DNA of 64,000 bases from Bacteriovoracia bacterium. GTDB lineage: Bacteria > Bdellovibrionota > UBA1018 > JBFWNL01. Shown piece by piece: positions 59,291-64,000 of the stretch; position 1 is the first letter of the stretch; each line of letters starts with the position of its first letter. The notes below the pieces were generated by a model. The model was not told the origin of the DNA, ran no database searches, and saw only the letters and a list, made by a program, of their open reading frames with translations. The position numbers and the translations under genes are program-made. Location: the NCBI GenBank assembly GCA_050251055.1, contig JBFWNL010000001.1, positions 299,825 to 363,824 on the forward strand, given 5' to 3'.

Positions 59291-59413
59291 CAGGATTCCC
59301 TGCTTTAAAAACTCGGACCGGCGGGGGTGTCCGCGGGCCAGGACGGCGCTGAGCGGTCAAGCGCATGGAAGCGCGTCCCCCGTCGGTCCGAGTTTTTAAA
59401 GGAGGGAATCCTG
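59291..59413 (-). repeat. Full-length palindromic element (copy C): 37-bp inverted arms enclosing two small hairpins
   Basis: Arms 59291-59327 and 59377-59413 give 35 Watson-Crick pairs, 1 G:T and 1 G.G; inner hairpins GCC-AGGAC-GGC and GCGC-ATGGAA-GCGC on the + strand. Confidence 0.9.
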
Positions 59414-59424
59414 TCCAGCTAGAT

Positions 59425-61206
59425 TCACGCGGGAAAGCGGCAGATAAAGACGCTCCCCTGACCGGGAGTGCTCTCGACGGAGATGCTCCCACCGTGCCGT
59501 TGCATGATATGCTTGACGATCGCGAGCCCCAGCCCCGTGCCTCCCATCTCGCGCGAGCGGGCCTTGTCGATGCGGTAAAACCGCTCGAACAGGCGCCCTT
59601 GGTGCTCGGCCGGGATGCCGGGTCCGGTGTCGGACACCTTTAGAACCACGTCGCCCCGGATGCCCTCTTCCCAGCTCACGGAAATTTTTCCGCCACGTGG
59701 GGTATACTTCTTGGCGTTATCCAGGAGATTCACCAGCACCTGCTCCAAGCGACCGGGATCGGCATGCACCGTGGCCACGGGAATGTTTACATGCACCTGC
59801 TGGGCTTTCTCGCTAAAGCCCCCGCGAAGTTGCTCTAACACCCGGGAGGTTACCTGCTCCGTACTGACTTCGGCGCGATTCAGCGCTTCCGAAGACTCTA
59901 ACGAGGAAAGGTCGAGCAAATCGTTAATTAATGTCATGAGGCGGGCAGAATTTCGCGCCACGGCCTTCAGGTGATCGGGATCCAACGGCCGCCCGTCGGC
60001 CAGATCCTGGTTCAAGGTGTCCGTATATCCTTTGATCGCCGTCAGCGGGGTGCGCAGCTCATGGGAAACGTTAGCCACGAAGTCGATACGCATCTGCTCG
60101 GCGCGCTTGAGTTCGGTCACGTCGTGGAAGACCCCGACGGCGCCGTATACCTCACCACGGGAGCGGCGGAGCGGGGAAATCGCCACCGAGAAATAAAGCG
60201 GGTCATCCCCGCGGGGGCCCCGATTAAAGAACATCGCTTGGATAATCTGCGGCTGCCCCAGCCGCAGCGCCGAACGGAACGCGTCCAGCACCGCGGGCTC
60301 GCGAAAAGTCTCCCAGATCCGCTTTCCTTCCGTGAGCCCGTTTTCAGCCAAGATCGCCATGCGGCTGTTATAGAAAAGCGGGTTGCCTTCGAGGTCGATG
60401 GCCAAAATCGCGTCCGAAATAGCGCTCATGAGGGTCGCTTGCTGCTCGCGCTCCAGACTCAAGGCCTCCACCTTGGTCTGCAGATCCTTGCGAATACTGT
60501 CGATGGAGGTCTCGAGATCCGCCCACTCCCCATAAACGTCCCGCCGGAACTCCCGTTCGACGCCTTCCGACGCCAAGCTAGGATCGGCTTTCAATATGCT
60601 TTGGACCTGGCTGAAAACGTTATTCAGCGGCAACACCCAGGCCCGTCCCGTCCAAATAGCAAAGCCAAACAACGCCAGCGCAACGGCGATCAGGAAAAAG
60701 AAAAGTGAGGTGTCGTATACCCGCAAGGTGGCATCCAGCCTCGTCAACGGCGCGGCGACGCGCAAGACGGAAAGCTCATTACGCGCCTGCCGTTGGGCGC
60801 TGTACATCATGGGAAGGCCCAGCGTCTGGCTCTCGCGTACGTCCTGTCCGTAGCCATCCGTGAGCGCAGCTTGCACCTCGGGACGAGTCCCGTGATTCTG
60901 CATCTGTTCCGCTTTCTCGTGAGAATCACAATATACGCGCCCGTCCACGCCGATAACCGTGACACGCAAACCGGTGCCCTGGGTGACCGTCGTGCACCAC
61001 TCCAACGGCAGTGGCCAAGGCATCTGGTTGGCCACTCCCTGCAAGGTATCTTTGAGTTGGCTCTGAAACTGAATCGTGAACTGTTTCTTAAAGAAATAAT
61101 GCGCCGCCAGCCCTGACGCTCCCAAAGCCAGGAGCACCATGAAGGTCTGGGTCAAAACGACGCGGGAAAAGACCCGCCAGGAGAGCAGGGAGACCGTGGA
61201 TTTCAT
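59425..61206 (-). CDS. phoR: Phosphate regulon sensor histidine kinase
   Basis: Periplasmic sensor (NHGTRPEV), PAS, DFVANVSHELRTPL, NLLDNA, DTGPGI, GGTGLGLAI; pst/phoU context. Confidence 0.92.
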   Translation of the reverse strand: MKSTVSLLSWRVFSRVVLTQTFMVLLALGASGLAAHYFFKKQFTIQFQSQLKDTLQGVANQMPWPLPLEWCTTVTQGTGLRVTVIGVDGRVYCDSHEKAEQMQNHGTRPEVQAALTDGYGQDVRESQTLGLPMMYSAQRQARNELSVLRVAAPLTRLDATLRVYDTSLFFFLIAVALALFGFAIWTGRAWVLPLNNVFSQVQSILKADPSLASEGVEREFRRDVYGEWADLETSIDSIRKDLQTKVEALSLEREQQATLMSAISDAILAIDLEGNPLFYNSRMAILAENGLTEGKRIWETFREPAVLDAFRSALRLGQPQIIQAMFFNRGPRGDDPLYFSVAISPLRRSRGEVYGAVGVFHDVTELKRAEQMRIDFVANVSHELRTPLTAIKGYTDTLNQDLADGRPLDPDHLKAVARNSARLMTLINDLLDLSSLESSEALNRAEVSTEQVTSRVLEQLRGGFSEKAQQVHVNIPVATVHADPGRLEQVLVNLLDNAKKYTPRGGKISVSWEEGIRGDVVLKVSDTGPGIPAEHQGRLFERFYRIDKARSREMGGTGLGLAIVKHIMQRHGGSISVESTPGQGSVFICRFPA

Positions 61207-61883
61207 TCCAACTGAATACGATAGCCGACGCCGCGGATGGTTTCCACGAAATCCCCGCAGACTCCGAGTTTCTTACGCAAACCAAAGACGTGGGTGTCGA
61301 TGGCGCGATCGATGACTTTCACCCCCTCGCCCTGAACGCAGTCGATCAACTTTTCCCGCGAAAGGACCCGGCCTTGGTTTCGCAGTAAAGCCGTGAGCAG
61401 CTTGAATTCGGAGGGGGTCAGCTCGATTTTATCCTGGCCACAGGCCACTTCGTGACGCTCGATGTTCATTACGAGCTGCCGGTGCCGAAGCTCATTGGCG
61501 CTCTCGAGCGAATTCTCCGGACCTGTTCGCTCGCCGCGGCGTAACAGGGCGCGCACGCGCGCCAGGAACACCGGTATATCGAAAGGCTTGGTGATGTAAT
61601 CATCCGCGCCAGCTTCCAGGCCAACGATAATATCGGCCGAATCCGCGCGGGCCGTCACCATCAAGATCGGACAGCGGCCGCGGTATTTCTTGCAAAGTTC
61701 CAAGCCCGTCAATCCCGGCAACATCCAATCGAATATCGCTAGCTGAAACGTCCCTTCGGCGAAGGCGCGGACGGCGTTCTCGCCGTCCGAAACGGCCGTC
61801 ACGTCCAGCCCTTCCCGCTTCAGGTGTAACACCAATAAGTCCTGAACGTCTTTCTCGTCTTCGACGACCAGGACTTTCTTCAA
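61203..61883 (-). CDS. phoB: OmpR-family response regulator of the phosphate regulon
   Basis: VVEDE, DWMLPG, GADDYITKPF, TIRGVGY; between phoU and phoR. Confidence 0.88.
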   Translation of the reverse strand: MKKVLVVEDEKDVQDLLVLHLKREGLDVTAVSDGENAVRAFAEGTFQLAIFDWMLPGLTGLELCKKYRGRCPILMVTARADSADIIVGLEAGADDYITKPFDIPVFLARVRALLRRGERTGPENSLESANELRHRQLVMNIERHEVACGQDKIELTPSEFKLLTALLRNQGRVLSREKLIDCVQGEGVKVIDRAIDTHVFGLRKKLGVCGDFVETIRGVGYRIQLE

Positions 61884-62560
61884 GGCGAGGCCCCACTTCC
61901 ACCGACATCTTGGGCATGGCGGATGTCCCGGCCCGTTACCACGTAAATCACGTCCTCGGCGATGTTGGTGGCGTGATCGCCCAGACGTTCGAGATTGCGG
62001 GCGATCAGGATGAGCGCCAAACCCGCATCGATACCCGCGGGCTTCTGTTTCATGATCGCCACTACATCGTTAAACACCTTGCGTTTCAGCTCATCCACCT
62101 TATCATCACGCTTCAGCACTTCGCGGGCCTGGGCTTCGCTCGCGGTGACGAAAGAGTCGATCGCGACCCGGACCATGACCTTCACTTCTTCGAACATCTG
62201 CGCCAAATCGATCAAGGGCTTGAGCTCGGGCTGCTTGAGGTAAAATTCCGCATTGTGGGCAATGTTCACCGCCTGGTCACCCATACGCTCGAGGTCGGTA
62301 TTGATTTTAATCACCGATACGATGAGCCTCAGATCGATGGCCATCGGCTGGTGCAACGCCAAAAGCTTCACGCAAGCGTCGTCCACCGCAATATGATCCT
62401 GGTTCACCTTTTTTTCGATCTCAAAGACTTCTTGGATGACGGCTAGGTCGCGGGATTTCAAACCCCGGATCGCGGTATCGATGGCCCGCTCGACGTATCC
62501 CGCCATGCCCACTAAAAGCTCGCGCAGCTCTCGAATCGAGTGCTCGAAATGTCTTTCCAT
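61880..62560 (-). CDS. phoU: Phosphate signalling protein PhoU
   Basis: QPMAIDLR, DLERMGD, NLERLGDHATNIAE. Confidence 0.96.
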   Translation of the reverse strand: MERHFEHSIRELRELLVGMAGYVERAIDTAIRGLKSRDLAVIQEVFEIEKKVNQDHIAVDDACVKLLALHQPMAIDLRLIVSVIKINTDLERMGDQAVNIAHNAEFYLKQPELKPLIDLAQMFEEVKVMVRVAIDSFVTASEAQAREVLKRDDKVDELKRKVFNDVVAIMKQKPAGIDAGLALILIARNLERLGDHATNIAEDVIYVVTGRDIRHAQDVGGSGASP

Positions 62561-62562
62561 GC

Positions 62563-63366
62563 TTAACCAAACCTCCCGGTAATGTACCGCTCCGTGCGGT
62601 CATCCTTGGGGTTCGTGAAGATCTGCGAAGTCTCGCCGAATTCGACCATTTCCCCCAGTAGGAAAAAGGCTGTCTTATCCGAAATTCGCGCGGCTTGCTG
62701 CATATTATGCGTGACGATGACGATCGTCACTTCTTTCTTCAGCTCCGAAATCAGCTCCTCCACCTTCGCCGTCGAGATAGGATCCAGCGCGCTCGTCGGC
62801 TCGTCCATGAGTAAGACGCGGGGCTCCACGGCCAAAGCCCGCGCGATACAAAGACGTTGCTGCTGGCCACCCGAAAGCGAGGTTCCCGGAGCGTTTAGCT
62901 TATCTTTTACCTCATCCCACAGGGCGGCCATCTTTAAGCTCTTCTCGGCCACATCCTTTAGCACCGAGCGCCGGCGAACCCCGGCGAGCCTTAAACCAAC
63001 AACCACATTGTCCATAACGGAAAGGGCCGGGAAGGGATTGGGCTTCTGAAAGACCATTCCGATTTTGCGTCGCAGCATAACCGGATCAATTTGGCGGCCG
63101 TAAATGTTCTCATTCTCAAGCAGAACCTCGCCCGCCGCGCGCCCCCCTGGAACTTCCTCGTGCATTCGGTTCAAGCATCGAATGAAAGTGGACTTTCCGC
63201 AGCCAGACGGGCCGATGATGGCGCAAGCCGTATTCGCCTGGATTTTTAAATGAATATCGCGGACCGCCCGCACGGTACCAAAGTACGCATCCAGGCCCTT
63301 GGCCTCGAGAATGATAGGTCGGGAGGAGCCAGTTGGGGGGGAAGGCGCTTGCGAAGTAGGGCTCAT
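62563..63366 (-). CDS. pstB: Phosphate ABC transporter ATP-binding protein
   Basis: [40 protein letters not shown]. Confidence 0.97.
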   Translation of the reverse strand: MSPTSQAPSPPTGSSRPIILEAKGLDAYFGTVRAVRDIHLKIQANTACAIIGPSGCGKSTFIRCLNRMHEEVPGGRAAGEVLLENENIYGRQIDPVMLRRKIGMVFQKPNPFPALSVMDNVVVGLRLAGVRRRSVLKDVAEKSLKMAALWDEVKDKLNAPGTSLSGGQQQRLCIARALAVEPRVLLMDEPTSALDPISTAKVEELISELKKEVTIVIVTHNMQQAARISDKTAFFLLGEMVEFGETSQIFTNPKDDRTERYITGRFG

Positions 63367-63379
63367 AGTTTCCTCGTTC

Positions 63380-64000
63380 TCATCCTTCCGATATGCTGCC
63401 GGTCTGGCGGATCACTAGGCGCGTGAGCAGATTCAAGCTGAAAACCAGCGCCACCAAAACAAATGCGCCCGCCCAAGCTTGCCGATGCCAATCGTCAAAC
63501 GGACTAATCGCATAGTTGTAAATCTGCACCGGCAGAGAGGCGATCGGTTGATCCAGCCCCTGATGCCAAAACCGGTTACTGAGCGCCGTGAACAGCAGCG
63601 GCGCCGTCTCCCCCGCCACGCGCGCAAGCGATAACATGACGCCCGTGGTGATCGCGCCTACGCTTCCGCGCAGCACGATTCGCAAGATCACCTTCCAGCG
63701 CGGAAGCCCCAGCGCCAAACCCGCCTCGCGGATATGGACGGGAACCATCTTCAGGATTTCTTCCGTCGCGCGCGCCACGGTGGGAACCATCAGAATCCCC
63801 AACGCGAGCGCGCCGGCGAGCGCCGAGAAACGCTTCATCTGCACGACCACTAACGCGTACACGAAGAGACCAATGATAATGGAAGGAATACTGGCGAGCA
63901 TGTCGACGCTAAAACGCACGATCGTTCCGATACGGCCGCGGCCGTACTCCGAAAGGTAAATTCCGATCAACATTCCCCAGGGCACGCCCCAGGCCGCCGC
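63380..64000 (-). CDS. pstA: Phosphate ABC transporter permease (5' truncated by window)
   Basis: [35 protein letters not shown]; frame open to the window end. Confidence 0.95.
   Translation of the reverse strand, partial: AAAWGVPWGMLIGIYLSEYGRGRIGTIVRFSVDMLASIPSIIIGLFVYALVVVQMKRFSALAGALALGILMVPTVARATEEILKMVPVHIREAGLALGLPRWKVILRIVLRGSVGAITTGVMLSLARVAGETAPLLFTALSNRFWHQGLDQPIASLPVQIYNYAISPFDDWHRQAWAGAFVLVALVFSLNLLTRLVIRQTGSISEG

Noticed and set aside
58940-59424. Retron msr-msd, group II intron or IS remnant
   Set aside because: No reverse transcriptase or transposase ORF nearby and no recognisable intron domain V; better explained by the repeat family.

Overview
GC-rich bacterial chromosomal window with mostly housekeeping genes and many secreted, lipoprotein and outer-membrane orphans. 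The gene content suggests Bdellovibrionota/Oligoflexia (inference only). Recognisable loci: threonine aldolase (partial), aldehyde dehydrogenase, a BtpA-GcvT-2x phytoene-dehydrogenase-like cluster, PMT-family glycosyltransferase, transaldolase, tRNA-Leu(GAG), two desaturase/hydroxylases, SrkA kinase, two HExxH metalloproteases, ribD-ribE-ribBA-ribH, trmH, ggt, an RRM protein, slyD, trhO, lemA-TPM-TPM, a Prc/Tsp protease, an ABC-2 exporter, a gshB-like ligase, oppABCDF and pstA-pstB-phoU-phoB-phoR. No prophage, transposase or CRISPR array was seen. Most notable: (1) a dispersed ~60-bp double-hairpin repeat in three copies, each in the same orientation just downstream of a gene 3' end, with one compensatory base change, CsrA-type GGA loops on the antisense strand and 37-bp inverted arms in one copy; (2) a secreted protein whose 20 cysteines have mirror-symmetric spacing, implying a long disulfide-laddered beta-hairpin; (3) a GcvT plus two PYROXD2-like flavoenzyme operon, a candidate folate-coupled N-demethylase; (4) a Xer-like recombinase lacking three catalytic residues; (5) four sigma54 motifs, all in front of secreted orphan genes. 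All calls come from reading the sequence; no database searches were run.
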